From Patescibacteria group bacterium (GTDB taxonomy: Bacteria > Patescibacteriota > JAQUNI01), in the NCBI GenBank assembly GCA_028717685.1, contig JAQUNI010000001.1, positions 207,451-271,450 of the forward strand: a DNA stretch of 64,000 bases. The letters run 5' to 3'. The notes beneath the pieces were generated by a model. It did not search any database, was not told where the DNA came from, and was given only the letters and a program-made list of their open reading frames with translations. How positions within the stretch are numbered: the first letter of the stretch is position 1; each line of letters begins with the position of its first letter. This document shows, piece after piece, positions 46,026-55,111 of this stretch. Both the position numbers and the translations under genes were made by a program.

Positions 46026-46349
46026 CTAATCTTTTCTCCCATTCTCTCTTTCTGGCGCGAGTGTAACCTCTATTTCGAGGTTAATTTTGGAACCCACAAC
46101 GTGATAGCCTGGATGATTTTTGAGAAGTTCCCCTATTTTGTTAGACACTTCCTGATCAACATCAAACATATTTTTACCATCCTTAATAGTAGTTTTCCAG
46201 GTGTTCGGTGGAATTTGACCACTCCTTACTGGCGCGACATCCATTGCCTCCCAATAAGTAGAACTCATCTCTTTTTCTCTCTCCTTGCACCCAAAAAGTA
46301 AAAGGCAAAGAAATAACCCGCAAAGCGCCAATACTGTTAACTTTTTCAT
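46026..46349 (-). CDS. lipoprotein (hypothetical)
   Basis: Lipobox LLFGC after MKKLTVLALCGLFLC; the track ORF extends to 46388, but Met14 is the likelier start. Confidence 0.5.
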   Translation of the reverse strand: MKKLTVLALCGLFLCLLLFGCKEREKEMSSTYWEAMDVAPVRSGQIPPNTWKTTIKDGKNMFDVDQEVSNKIGELLKNHPGYHVVGSKINLEIEVTLAPERENGRKD

Positions 46350-46396
46350 CTCATTTCTCCTTATAATGCGTAGCTTTAAGATCTTCAAATATATTT

Positions 46397-46933
46397 CTAA
46401 TCAATAACGCCGCCCGCGCAGATCCGATGGAATAATGCTTCTTTTTCTTCTTCATCTTTATGGATAAAAAATATCCATTCGTGATAAAGAAAACTCTCAA
46501 AAGACGCGTTATTCGGGTTTGAAAAACGAATAACAAAGACAAGATCATCCGAAACAAAACTTTGCAATTCTGCGGCGCCATTCCAAAGATCAGATATGAA
46601 CCTAGCGCGCCCTTTTCTGACCGAATCTAGAATCATTTCTTTGGTGTAATCACTAGTCGGCGAGGTAATGCCGTAATAACTGCGTCCCCAAACCGGAACA
46701 TCATAGTCTTGAAATATCATTTCTTGACCAGAAAATTTTTCTCTGCCAAAATACCTATCAATATAACGTAACTTCGGCTTCGGAGTATTTATGTTTAATC
46801 TGGAATATTCATAAACTATTTCTCGAGGCAAGCTAATAGAAAATTCAACCTTAAAAATATCACCTTCCTCACCCGCCAAATAGGTTTTACTTTCAGCTTC
46901 TATTAAAAACTGTGTAATCTGTTCAATATTCAT
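46397..46933 (-). CDS. hypothetical protein
   Basis: Met16 (MNIEQ...) start has SD AAGGAGGA 8 nt upstream; no family recognised. Confidence 0.45.
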   Translation of the reverse strand: MNIEQITQFLIEAESKTYLAGEEGDIFKVEFSISLPREIVYEYSRLNINTPKPKLRYIDRYFGREKFSGQEMIFQDYDVPVWGRSYYGITSPTSDYTKEMILDSVRKGRARFISDLWNGAAELQSFVSDDLVFVIRFSNPNNASFESFLYHEWIFFIHKDEEEKEALFHRICAGGVID

Positions 46934-47009
46934 TTTTTTCCTCCTTATACCTATCAAAAAGCAAAAACTGATTATCATTCTCGGCGCAACTGCCTCGGGT
47001 AAAACTGAG

Positions 47010-48056
47010 ATGTCTTTAGAATTGGCTAAAAAAATTCCAAACAGCTACATCATTTCCGCGGATTCGCGCCAAATCTATAAAGGCTTAGATATCGGCACGG
47101 GAAAATTGACCGGCGGAAGACACAAAATTTTAAAAGGACAAAATATTCTTCACTTCCACAATATCCCGCATTATATGATTGATATTATGGAGCCGAACCG
47201 AGAATACACAGTAGCACAATATCAGAAGAGTGTCAAAAAGGTTATCCGCGAAAACAAAGGCAGAATCCCATTTTTGGTCGGCGGCACAGGGCTTTATATT
47301 AACGCGATTGTGGACGGCTTGTCTATCCCCCCTTCGGCACCAGATTACAAACTGCGCGGAAAACTTGAGAAAGAAACGGACGGAAATTTATTTCAGAAAT
47401 TAAAAAAATTAGATCCAATTTGCGCCCAAAAAATTGATTCAAAAAATAAACGGCGCTTAATCCGCGCGCTGGAAGTGTGTTTAAAGACAGGGAAGCCATT
47501 TTCTAGTTTACAGAAAAAGAAAAAACCCAATTACGATGTTCTGCAAATTGGGATTTCTGTGCCGCGAGAAGAATTATATGAGCGCATTGATAAGCGCGTA
47601 GACAGAATGATAAAACAAGGACTAATTGAAGAAGCAAAAAAAATCTTAAAAAAATATGAGCTTTTGAATTCACTCCCCCTGCCCGAGAAGAGGAGACGTG
47701 AGGGGGTGGGAGTTTATGTAAGTTTAGACCTCTCCAACCTCCCCCCGCACTCGCGGCAAGCAGGCTTAGTAAGGAAAATTTGGAGTGGTACTGAAAAAGA
47801 TTTAAAAAGTCGCAATCTCCCTCCCCCCCTACCCCCCCTCGGGCAGGGGGGGATAATCCACGATTCCATCGGCTACAAAGAAATAATATCGTATCTGGAT
47901 GGTGAAATCAGTTTAGATGAAATGATAGTCTTGATCAAAAAAAACACGCGACATTACGCCCGCCGCCAAATGACTTGGTTTAAGAGGGATAAAAGGATTC
48001 AGTGGATCAAAAATAAAAAAGAGGCGGAAAGATTGGTTAAAAAATTTTTGAGATAA
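47010..48056 (+). CDS. miaA: tRNA dimethylallyltransferase; P-loop lies upstream of the first ATG, and a ~55-aa GC-rich insertion is present
   Basis: SADSRQIYKGLDIGTGK and C-terminal IGYKE...RHYARRQMTWFKRD; the in-frame upstream sequence encodes LIIILGATASGKT (P-loop) with no ATG/GTG/TTG, so the true start is probably CTG/ATT near 46968. Confidence 0.8.
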   Translation: MSLELAKKIPNSYIISADSRQIYKGLDIGTGKLTGGRHKILKGQNILHFHNIPHYMIDIMEPNREYTVAQYQKSVKKVIRENKGRIPFLVGGTGLYINAIVDGLSIPPSAPDYKLRGKLEKETDGNLFQKLKKLDPICAQKIDSKNKRRLIRALEVCLKTGKPFSSLQKKKKPNYDVLQIGISVPREELYERIDKRVDRMIKQGLIEEAKKILKKYELLNSLPLPEKRRREGVGVYVSLDLSNLPPHSRQAGLVRKIWSGTEKDLKSRNLPPPLPPLGQGGIIHDSIGYKEIISYLDGEISLDEMIVLIKKNTRHYARRQMTWFKRDKRIQWIKNKKEAERLVKKFLR

Positions 48057-48061
48057 AAAGA

Positions 48062-48083
48062 GGGGTATATTCATATATACCCC
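48062..48083. terminator. hairpin terminator between miaA and the convergent gene
   Basis: GGGGTATAT-TCA-TATATACCCC. Confidence 0.5.
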
Positions 48084-48090
48084 ATAAAAA

Positions 48091-48363
48091 TCATTTAAAA
48101 GCCTCTTCTATTATTTGGATAGTGGATTCCGCATCATGCAGTTCCCTATCCTCCAATTTTTCCCTGGACCATTTTGCCACGTCATTCAGCAAAAATCTTT
48201 TAGTTATGGCGGAACCTTTCCTAGCCTTTGCCACCAAATGCAAAAGGTTTAATTCGTTATCAGCCTCAATGGATCCGGCATGGGCCTCCTTTATGAGTTT
48301 GCGGATCTCATCTCTGCTCCTTTTTCCATTATTTTTAGGACTGATTTCTTCACTATCAGCCAT
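48091..48363 (-). CDS. hypothetical protein (~90 aa)
   Basis: ORF; likely start MADSEEIS; no family recognised. Confidence 0.35.
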   Translation of the reverse strand: MADSEEISPKNNGKRSRDEIRKLIKEAHAGSIEADNELNLLHLVAKARKGSAITKRFLLNDVAKWSREKLEDRELHDAESTIQIIEEAFK

Positions 48364-48413
48364 CAAAAATCCTTTCTGCCCGCCTCCTTGGCAAGATCGG
48401 TGTAAAAGAGCCA

Positions 48414-48444
48414 TATAAAAAAACGACCCACTTTACGAGTGGGC
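48414..48444 (-). terminator. intrinsic terminator downstream of gatB (minus strand)
   Basis: Revcomp reads CCCACTCGTAAAGTGGG followed by TTTTTT. Confidence 0.6.
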
Positions 48445-48648
48445 TTTCGAACGAGAAAAATAATAAATTCTTTTGAAAATTGGGGAAAATTTTTGTAATT
48501 TCCTTTGCCACATAAAAGAATTTATTATCTCTACACACTGTTCTTATTTTAACCTTTTCTATAAAACTGTCAAGCGCCGCCATTCTGGCTTAGATAAAAG
48601 AAAAATAAAAAAACTGGGGATAACCTTAATAAAGTTGTCCACAGTTTT

Positions 48649-50109
48649 TTATTTCAATTTTTCCCTTATCAAATCCTGCACTATCTGCGGATTTGCGCGA
48701 CCACCTGTTTTGCGCATCACCTGCCCCACGAGAAACATAAGGGTTTTTGCATTGCCAGCCCGCAAATCCTCCACGGGTTTAGGGTTCTCTTTGACTACTT
48801 CTTCAATAATCGCATTCAACTGCTCTACATCACTCACCTGCGCTAAATTTTTCTCGGCAATCACTTGCGAAGGATCCGCGCTCTTCTCAAACATTTCTTT
48901 TAAAACAATCTGCGCCGCGGAGGAATTTATCTCCCCGCGAGACACGATATTCATAAATTCGGCGAAATTTTCGGGCGTGATTTTTAAATGGCTAATACTG
49001 ACTTTGTTCACCCTTAATAATTTCTGTAATTCCGTTACCACCCAGTTCGCCGCGAGTTTAGATATTTTTTGACCTTGATCTTCTGCCGCCGCTTCGGAAA
49101 CCACTTGCTCATAATAATCGCCTAGGGCTTTATTATTGACTAAGGCGCTAATATCTTCAGGTCCCAAGCCATATTCCGCCTTCAGCCTTTTTCTTCTATG
49201 GACCGGCAGTTCTGGCATTTGAGCCCGCATTGCTTCTACAATTTTTTTGAGCCTTAAAGGCGGCAAGTCTGGCTCTCCAAAATAACGATAGTCATGCGCT
49301 TCTTCTTTCGTCCTCTGCTCCCGCGTAATCCCCTTGCGATCATCCCAGCCTCGGGTAATTTTACCTTTTTCTTTCTTTAGCGCCGCGAACTCATCCGTCT
49401 GTCTATCCACTTCATAAGCTAAAGCTTTTTCCACCATCTTGAAGGAATTTAGATTTTTAATTTCCACGATGGGCGTTTTAGCATTCCCAGATTTAATATT
49501 AACATTAGCATCGCACCGCAGTTCTCCTTTTTCCATATCCGCATTGGAAACCCCCAAGTAACGCATAATGAGGCGCAGCTCCCGCAAAAAAGCTCCGGCT
49601 TCTTCAGGGGAAGTGATATCGGGTTCCGTCACAATTTCCATCAAAGGCGTTCCTCCGCGATTATAATCCACTAAGCTGTAACTTTTGTCTTCGGCGTGCA
49701 AATTTTTTGCCGCGTCCTCTTCAAGGTGCACCCTCCTGATGCTAATCTTATGACCATTAATCTCTAAATAACCATTGACTGCGATAGGCATATCGTATTG
49801 GGAAATCTGATACCCCTTAGGCAAATCCGGATAAAAATAATTCTTGCGGTCAAATTTGCTTTCTTTCGGTATTGCACAATTTAAAGCGATGCCCGTTAAG
49901 ACAGTCCATTCCACAGCCTTTTTATTAATCACGGGTAAAACCCCCGGATGCCCCAAACAAATTGGGCAAATGTTTTCATTCGCTTGTTTGTTTGTAATAT
50001 CATTATCGCACGCGCAAAACATCTTGCTTCGGGTTTTGAGCTGAACGTGAATTTCTAAACCGATAATGGTTTTAAATGATGGCATTGTTTCATTGTTGAA
50101 TTGTTTCAT
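48649..50109 (-). CDS. gatB: aspartyl/glutamyl-tRNA(Asn/Gln) amidotransferase subunit B
   Basis: GatB N-terminal signature IIGLEIHVQLKTRSKMFCACDND; the track ORF extends to 50160; start likely Met18 (50109) or Met26 (50085). Confidence 0.9.
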   Translation of the reverse strand: MKQFNNETMPSFKTIIGLEIHVQLKTRSKMFCACDNDITNKQANENICPICLGHPGVLPVINKKAVEWTVLTGIALNCAIPKESKFDRKNYFYPDLPKGYQISQYDMPIAVNGYLEINGHKISIRRVHLEEDAAKNLHAEDKSYSLVDYNRGGTPLMEIVTEPDITSPEEAGAFLRELRLIMRYLGVSNADMEKGELRCDANVNIKSGNAKTPIVEIKNLNSFKMVEKALAYEVDRQTDEFAALKKEKGKITRGWDDRKGITREQRTKEEAHDYRYFGEPDLPPLRLKKIVEAMRAQMPELPVHRRKRLKAEYGLGPEDISALVNNKALGDYYEQVVSEAAAEDQGQKISKLAANWVVTELQKLLRVNKVSISHLKITPENFAEFMNIVSRGEINSSAAQIVLKEMFEKSADPSQVIAEKNLAQVSDVEQLNAIIEEVVKENPKPVEDLRAGNAKTLMFLVGQVMRKTGGRANPQIVQDLIREKLK

Positions 50110-50211
50110 TGTTAATTTTAACAGAAAATGAGCTGAAAGGCAAAATAAAAAACTGGCCAAGTTGACCAGCTTAAGATGGAGATATTATTTTTATCCCCTC
50201 AATTATTGATA

Positions 50212-50362
50212 AACCTTGAATTACGAAATTCATTTTGTCGTTGCGAGGAGGGCCTTAAAGCCCGACGAAGCAATCTCATTAAGTGATATTTATGCCTAAT
50301 TTAGGAGATTGCTTCGGTCGGCATCAAATGCCTCCCTCGCAATGACAATACATTTCGTAATT
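50212..50362. mobile_element. MITE-like GC-rich element, copy C, with a clean ~40-nt TIR
   Basis: Left aaccttgaattacgaaattcattttgtcgttgcgaggagggcc; right cctccctcgcaatgacaatacatttcgtaattcaaggta; internal palindrome cccgacgaagcaatctc...ggagattgcttcggtcgg. Confidence 0.65.
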
Positions 50363-50388
50363 CAAGGTATAATAATATCTTTAAATAT

Positions 50389-50877
50389 TTATTTTTTTCT
50401 CTCTAAAACAACAAAAGAATAAGGATAAAGGTTGTTTGCGTCGGCAGGATAATCCTTGCGGCTTACTTCCTGCCATTCTTCCTTATTAAACACTGGGAAA
50501 AAAATGTCGCCTTCAAATTCGTGATGGACGAAAGTGAGATAAAGCTTATCCGCGCGGGGCAAGAATTGCTCATAAACCGAAGCGCCGCCGCAGATCATCA
50601 CTTCTTGCGCTTCACCCGCTTCTTGAAGCGCTTCTTCAATAGAACCTACAATAATGGCGCCTTGCGCTTTATAATTTGGGTCACGATTTAAGACAATATT
50701 TTTTCTGCCGGGAAGAGCTCTGCCGATTGATTCAAAGGTTTTCGCGCCCATAATGACGGGCTTCCCTAAAGTCATTTTTTTGAAATACGCAAAATCCGCC
50801 GGCAAATGCCAGGGGATTTTATTTTGATAGCCAATAACATTATTTTCAGAGACAGCGGCGATGAGGGAAATAAGCAT
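50389..50877 (-). CDS. folA: dihydrofolate reductase
   Basis: MLISLIAAVSENNVIGYQNKIPWHLPADFAYFKKMTLGKPVIMG... Confidence 0.9.
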   Translation of the reverse strand: MLISLIAAVSENNVIGYQNKIPWHLPADFAYFKKMTLGKPVIMGAKTFESIGRALPGRKNIVLNRDPNYKAQGAIIVGSIEEALQEAGEAQEVMICGGASVYEQFLPRADKLYLTFVHHEFEGDIFFPVFNKEEWQEVSRKDYPADANNLYPYSFVVLERKK

Positions 50878-50897
50878 TTAAATTGTTCTAATTAATC

Positions 50898-50975
50898 CTT
50901 GTAACTTATAACTTGAAACTTGTAACACAAGCCTTGAGTTACACGTTATAGGTTATAGGTTACAAGTTACAACAT
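50898..50975. repeat. GTTACAA/GTTATAG heptad inverted-repeat element between folA and thyA
   Basis: cttgtaacttataacttgaaacttgtaacacaagccttgagttacacgttataggttataggttacaagttacaac. Confidence 0.65.
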
Positions 50976-51045
50976 CTGTTATTGCATTTGGTTTGCCGTG
51001 TTAAATTTTCTTGGCAAGTATTTAATGACATCAAACAGAGTTTTT

Positions 51046-51870
51046 TTAAACCGCCATCGGCGCTTTAATGGCGGGGTGATATTTGTAATTCACCAGTTTG
51101 ATGTCTTCCATTTTAAAATCATCAATGTCTTTGATTTTAGAGTTTAACCAAAGTTTGGGTAATTTATATGGCTTGCGTTTCAGCTGCTCTCTCACCTGTT
51201 TAAAATGATTGAGATAAATATGGGCATCACCCAAAGTATGAACAAACTCCCATGGCTTTAAGCCCACAGCTTGGGCAACCATACGCAACAATAAAGAATA
51301 AGAAGCGATATTGAAAGGCACGCCTAAAAACATATCGCAACTTCGCTGATACATATGCAAAGAAAGTTTGCCCTGAACAGAGAAAAATTGGAAAATCATA
51401 TGGCAAGGCGGCAAAGCCATCATTTCTAACTCGGCGGGATTCCAAGCACTAACAATTAAACGGCGATCATTGGGATTTTCTTTTAATCCGCGTATTACGC
51501 GCGCGATTTGGTCAATAGGCTTTTTTTGATAGGGCGATCGCCATTTGCGCCATTGCACGCCGTAAACCCTTCCCAAATCGCCTTTAAAGCGCGCCCTGGG
51601 CTTCCAATAAGGCGCTTCCGCGTTCGCATCCCAAATATGACAGCCTAGTTTCTGCAGGTCTTGAACTCTGGAACTCGCGCTTAAAAACCATAAAAGTTCC
51701 GCCTTCACCGCCTCAAAAGCGAGTTTTTTGGTGGTAACAGCCGGGAAACCGTCGGCCATATTAAAACGCATCTGCACACCTAAAACAGCTCGGGAGCCGA
51801 CATCTGTGCGGTCAGGACGATCAATACCATTTTTCATAACATATCTTAGGGTTTTTAAGTACTGCTGCAT
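51046..51870 (-). CDS. thyA: thymidylate synthase
   Basis: ThyA catalytic motifs; conserved thyA-folA adjacency. Confidence 0.9.
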   Translation of the reverse strand: MQQYLKTLRYVMKNGIDRPDRTDVGSRAVLGVQMRFNMADGFPAVTTKKLAFEAVKAELLWFLSASSRVQDLQKLGCHIWDANAEAPYWKPRARFKGDLGRVYGVQWRKWRSPYQKKPIDQIARVIRGLKENPNDRRLIVSAWNPAELEMMALPPCHMIFQFFSVQGKLSLHMYQRSCDMFLGVPFNIASYSLLLRMVAQAVGLKPWEFVHTLGDAHIYLNHFKQVREQLKRKPYKLPKLWLNSKIKDIDDFKMEDIKLVNYKYHPAIKAPMAV

Positions 51871-52046
51871 AGAATTAAATTTTCAATTTCTAATTTTCAA
51901 TTTTCATTAAATTTTTAATGAATCAATTTCTAAACAAATAATTTTCAAACTGTTTGCCCCGTTTAGAAATTTGTCATTTCTAACGGGGTTTTAAAATTAA
52001 AACATTGAAAATTTAATAGAAATTAGAAATTAAGAAATTAGAAATT
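51871..52046. repeat. heptad-repeat palindromic element with an embedded CCCCGTTTAGAAAT/ATTTCTAACGGGG hairpin (51957-51990)
   Basis: aattttcaatttctaattttcaattttcattaaattt ... aaatttaatagaaattagaaattaagaaattagaaatt. Confidence 0.65.
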
Positions 52047-52613
52047 CTAGAAATAATATTTCTTCATAATTTCTTTTTCTATCTTTGCATATAATTCTTC
52101 AAAAGTTCCGATGTTTTCAATTTTCACTTTTGCTTTCTGCGCGGTCGCCTTGATCACTGTCTCTGTCGGACTTATATCTTCAATCTCCTTAAATTTGTTA
52201 AAATCCATATTCTTTTCGTCTGCCTTTTCAGTGCGGTTCTTCATTCTTTCAAAACGGATTTTTATCGGCGCGGTAATATACACCAAGATGAAATTATCAA
52301 GCTGGCTGAACATTTCTGCTTCTTCCCGGAAACGCATACCATCCACAATGATCAAATCCGCTTTCTCATCTTTCACATCTTGAAACAAAGTTTTAGCTAA
52401 GATATCATCGCCAAAATTTTGACGCAAAGAAAGACCTAACTTAATTTCATTTTCACGGGTGATCGGCAGATAGAGTTTTTTTAAAACTTCATCTAAAATT
52501 TGAGAAAAACGAAAAACCACAGCATTATATTTTTCCGCTAAATAAGCGGCGGTCGTGCCCTTGCCGGCTAACTTTTCACCAGTTAATCCGACGATGAATT
52601 TTTGTTTTGGCAT
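52047..52613 (-). CDS. P-loop nucleotide kinase (dNMP kinase / dephospho-CoA kinase-like)
   Basis: Walker A GLTGEKLAGKGT; DxxG-like LIIVDGMRF; adjacent to dCMP deaminase/thyA/folA. Confidence 0.5.
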   Translation of the reverse strand: MPKQKFIVGLTGEKLAGKGTTAAYLAEKYNAVVFRFSQILDEVLKKLYLPITRENEIKLGLSLRQNFGDDILAKTLFQDVKDEKADLIIVDGMRFREEAEMFSQLDNFILVYITAPIKIRFERMKNRTEKADEKNMDFNKFKEIEDISPTETVIKATAQKAKVKIENIGTFEELYAKIEKEIMKKYYF

Positions 52614-52725
52614 TGTTTTTCCCCATCTTTTGAAAAAGGTGGGGGCTCAATTTTAAAATAAAATTCACAATTCTTAAAAACAATAATTGTATAATCCCTT
52701 ATTCTTACAAATTTATGAGATTACT

Positions 52726-53340
52726 TCACTTAATCCCTTCGGGCTCCGCTCGCAATGAAGGGCGATTATTATTCCGATTATTTAACTCCATAATTTGATC
52801 TGTTATTTCTTTTTCGGTTAAGACCTTTTGCCCCTGGCCATATTGCTCTTTGTCGTCAATGACATCCGCGATCTGCCAATCGTGCACCCAGTCCTCAATC
52901 CTGAAAATCCGACAACCCCCATCGCGAGTAGAGCAAATCATATGCGCGAGTCCCGCATTAATCACAATTTTCTTACAAATAAAACAAGGCAAGGCATCAA
53001 TCACCTCGCCTTGCTCGTCCGCGGCGTACAAATACATATCTCCGCCCAGCACGGACACGCCGGCGCGGCTCGCGTTGACAATCGCATTTTGCTCCGCGTG
53101 CACCGAGCGGCAAAGCTCGTAGCGATGACCGTGGGGAATGCCAAGTTTAGTTCGAAGACAAAAACCATGCTCATAACAATCCTTGCCTTTGCGGATCGCG
53201 CCGATGTATCCAGCGGAGATCATTTGGTCGTCGCGGACAATAATCGCACCCATGATGCGACGATAACACCTTGTTTTCCGCGATACCTCGCGGGCAATGT
53301 TCATATAATACTCGTCTTTGGATAGTTTTCTCGTTTCCAT
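52726..53340 (-). CDS. dCMP deaminase (zinc-dependent CDA fold)
   Basis: HAEQNAI and PCFICKKI zinc-ligand motifs; probable start at METRKLSK. Confidence 0.8.
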   Translation of the reverse strand: METRKLSKDEYYMNIAREVSRKTRCYRRIMGAIIVRDDQMISAGYIGAIRKGKDCYEHGFCLRTKLGIPHGHRYELCRSVHAEQNAIVNASRAGVSVLGGDMYLYAADEQGEVIDALPCFICKKIVINAGLAHMICSTRDGGCRIFRIEDWVHDWQIADVIDDKEQYGQGQKVLTEKEITDQIMELNNRNNNRPSLRAEPEGIK

Positions 53341-53450
53341 TTTGATTTTTCTTCCCCTCCTTGAAGGAAGCACTTTTTTTATTTTAACATATTGGTTTAT
53401 TTTAGCACAATTCTTTAAAAAAACAAAAAACCGGAGATATCCGGTTAGAT

Positions 53451-53771
53451 TTAAGAAGTTTCAATGAGGTGAAAATTCAATATACTTTCCTGATTATTAG
53501 TCCGTATCGGCTTACCCGAATGATCATCGGGTAATCTTACAATTTCCCAAGAAATATAGACATAAAATTCTTCTTCCCCAATTTTCACCAGAAATGCCCC
53601 ATGATCCTTTCCAGCTATTCTCCTCCAGCGAGGCATATTTGCCACCACTGATTCAACTTGCCCGTAAATCGACAACACCTCTTCTTTTTCAAAATGAGCT
53701 TTGCGAAAAAAAAGATTGCCACATCCCCACCACCATGAACTTTTATCAATAACCGCATCAGTTCCTTGCAT
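53451..53771 (-). CDS. hypothetical protein (106 aa)
   Basis: ORF; no family recognised. Confidence 0.35.
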   Translation of the reverse strand: MQGTDAVIDKSSWWWGCGNLFFRKAHFEKEEVLSIYGQVESVVANMPRWRRIAGKDHGAFLVKIGEEEFYVYISWEIVRLPDDHSGKPIRTNNQESILNFHLIETS

Positions 53772-53855
53772 TACGCAGCCTCCTTTCTTTTGATCATTGC
53801 CATCGTGCCTGCCTTACTAATATTTACACTAAATTTTCCTTTATAGGTGAACCAT

Positions 53856-54545
53856 TTAATTCCTCACCCGGACCCCCGGTCCCATAGTGGAACAGACAGA
53901 GATAGAATTCACAAGCTCCCCTTTCTGTCCTTCTGGAGCTTGTTTTTTTACTGTTTCTAAAAGAACCTTAAAATTATTTGCTAATTCTGCCTCGGAAAAA
54001 GACATCTTGCCAATCACCTGATGCACAATCCCCTGTTCATCGGATTTAAACGAAATCTTGCCCGAGGCAAACTCTTTGATTGCCGCAATAATATTGGGGG
54101 TCACTGTCTCACTCTTGGGGTTCGGCATTAAACCTTTTTGACCCAAGAGCTTGCCGATTTGCCCCAAATGCCGCATCATCGCCGGTTCGGCTAGGGCTAA
54201 ATCAAAATTAACCTTCTGGGTTGTCTTGATTTTTTGCACCAATTCTTCGCCGCCCGCAATGGCGGCGCCGGCTTCTTTTGCTTCTTTCATCTTTTCAGGA
54301 GTCACAAAAGCGGCAATCCTTCGGCTCTTGCCCCAACTTTTCGGAAAAACAATCGTGCCGCGGACTACTTGCGTGCCGCTTTTTTTATCTAAATTCAGTT
54401 TAATATGCGCTTCAATGGATTCGTCAAACTTTGCGTTCGCCCCTTCCTTCACTTTCTTCACCGCCTCTTCAATCTCAAAAATTCTCTTTTCTTCCTGGGA
54501 AAGTTTATTTTTTAAATTTTGATAACGTCTAGAATGCTTGGACAT
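53856..54545 (-). CDS. rplA: 50S ribosomal protein L1
   Basis: L1 signatures ...RGTIVFPKSWGKSRRIAAF...; start at MSKHS. Confidence 0.9.
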   Translation of the reverse strand: MSKHSRRYQNLKNKLSQEEKRIFEIEEAVKKVKEGANAKFDESIEAHIKLNLDKKSGTQVVRGTIVFPKSWGKSRRIAAFVTPEKMKEAKEAGAAIAGGEELVQKIKTTQKVNFDLALAEPAMMRHLGQIGKLLGQKGLMPNPKSETVTPNIIAAIKEFASGKISFKSDEQGIVHQVIGKMSFSEAELANNFKVLLETVKKQAPEGQKGELVNSISVCSTMGPGVRVRN

Positions 54546-54550
54546 ACACA

Positions 54551-54686
54551 AATTTTCAATTTCTAATTTTCAATTTTCATTAAATTTTTATTTAATAAAT
54601 TTTTAAACACCCCAACCAAACAAAACAGGAGGTTTAAAAATTAGTTCATTAGAAATTTAATAGAAATTAGAAATTAAAAATTATTT
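54551..54686. repeat. ~136-bp heptad-palindromic element, identical copy 1 of 2 (rplA|rplK spacer)
   Basis: aattttcaatttctaattttcaattttcattaaatttttatttaataaatttttaaacaccccaaccaaacaaaacaggaggtttaaaaattagttcattagaaatttaatagaaattagaaattaaaaattatttta is base-for-base identical to 55112..55247. Confidence 0.8.
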
Positions 54687-55106
54687 TATTATCTCAATCC
54701 CCATACTCCTCGCCGTCCCTGCGATTATCTTTTTTGCCTGTTCTAGATCATTGGCATTTAAATCCTGCATCTTGACCTTGGCAATTTCTTCAATTTGCAC
54801 TTCTGTAACCTTGCCCACCTTTTTTTTATTCGGCTCGCCCGAACCCTTTTTCACTTGCGCTATTTTCTTTAAAAGCTCTGCGGCGGGCGGAGTTTTCAGA
54901 ATAAAATCAAAAGTGCGGTCCTCATAAACCGTAATTTCCGCGGGGATGATCTCGTCCCCTTTATCTTTGGTCATCTCATTAAATTTGCTGCAAAAATCCT
55001 GAATGTTTAATCCGTGCTGACCCAAAGCGGGGCCTATAGGGGGAGCAGGATTTGCCTTACCTGCGGGGATCTGAAGTTTGATAATTGTTTTAATAGGCTT
55101 AGACAT
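54681..55106 (-). CDS. rplK: 50S ribosomal protein L11
   Basis: L11 N-terminal motif [27 protein letters not shown]. Confidence 0.95.
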   Translation of the reverse strand: MSKPIKTIIKLQIPAGKANPAPPIGPALGQHGLNIQDFCSKFNEMTKDKGDEIIPAEITVYEDRTFDFILKTPPAAELLKKIAQVKKGSGEPNKKKVGKVTEVQIEEIAKVKMQDLNANDLEQAKKIIAGTARSMGIEIIK

Positions 55107-55111
55107 GTAAA

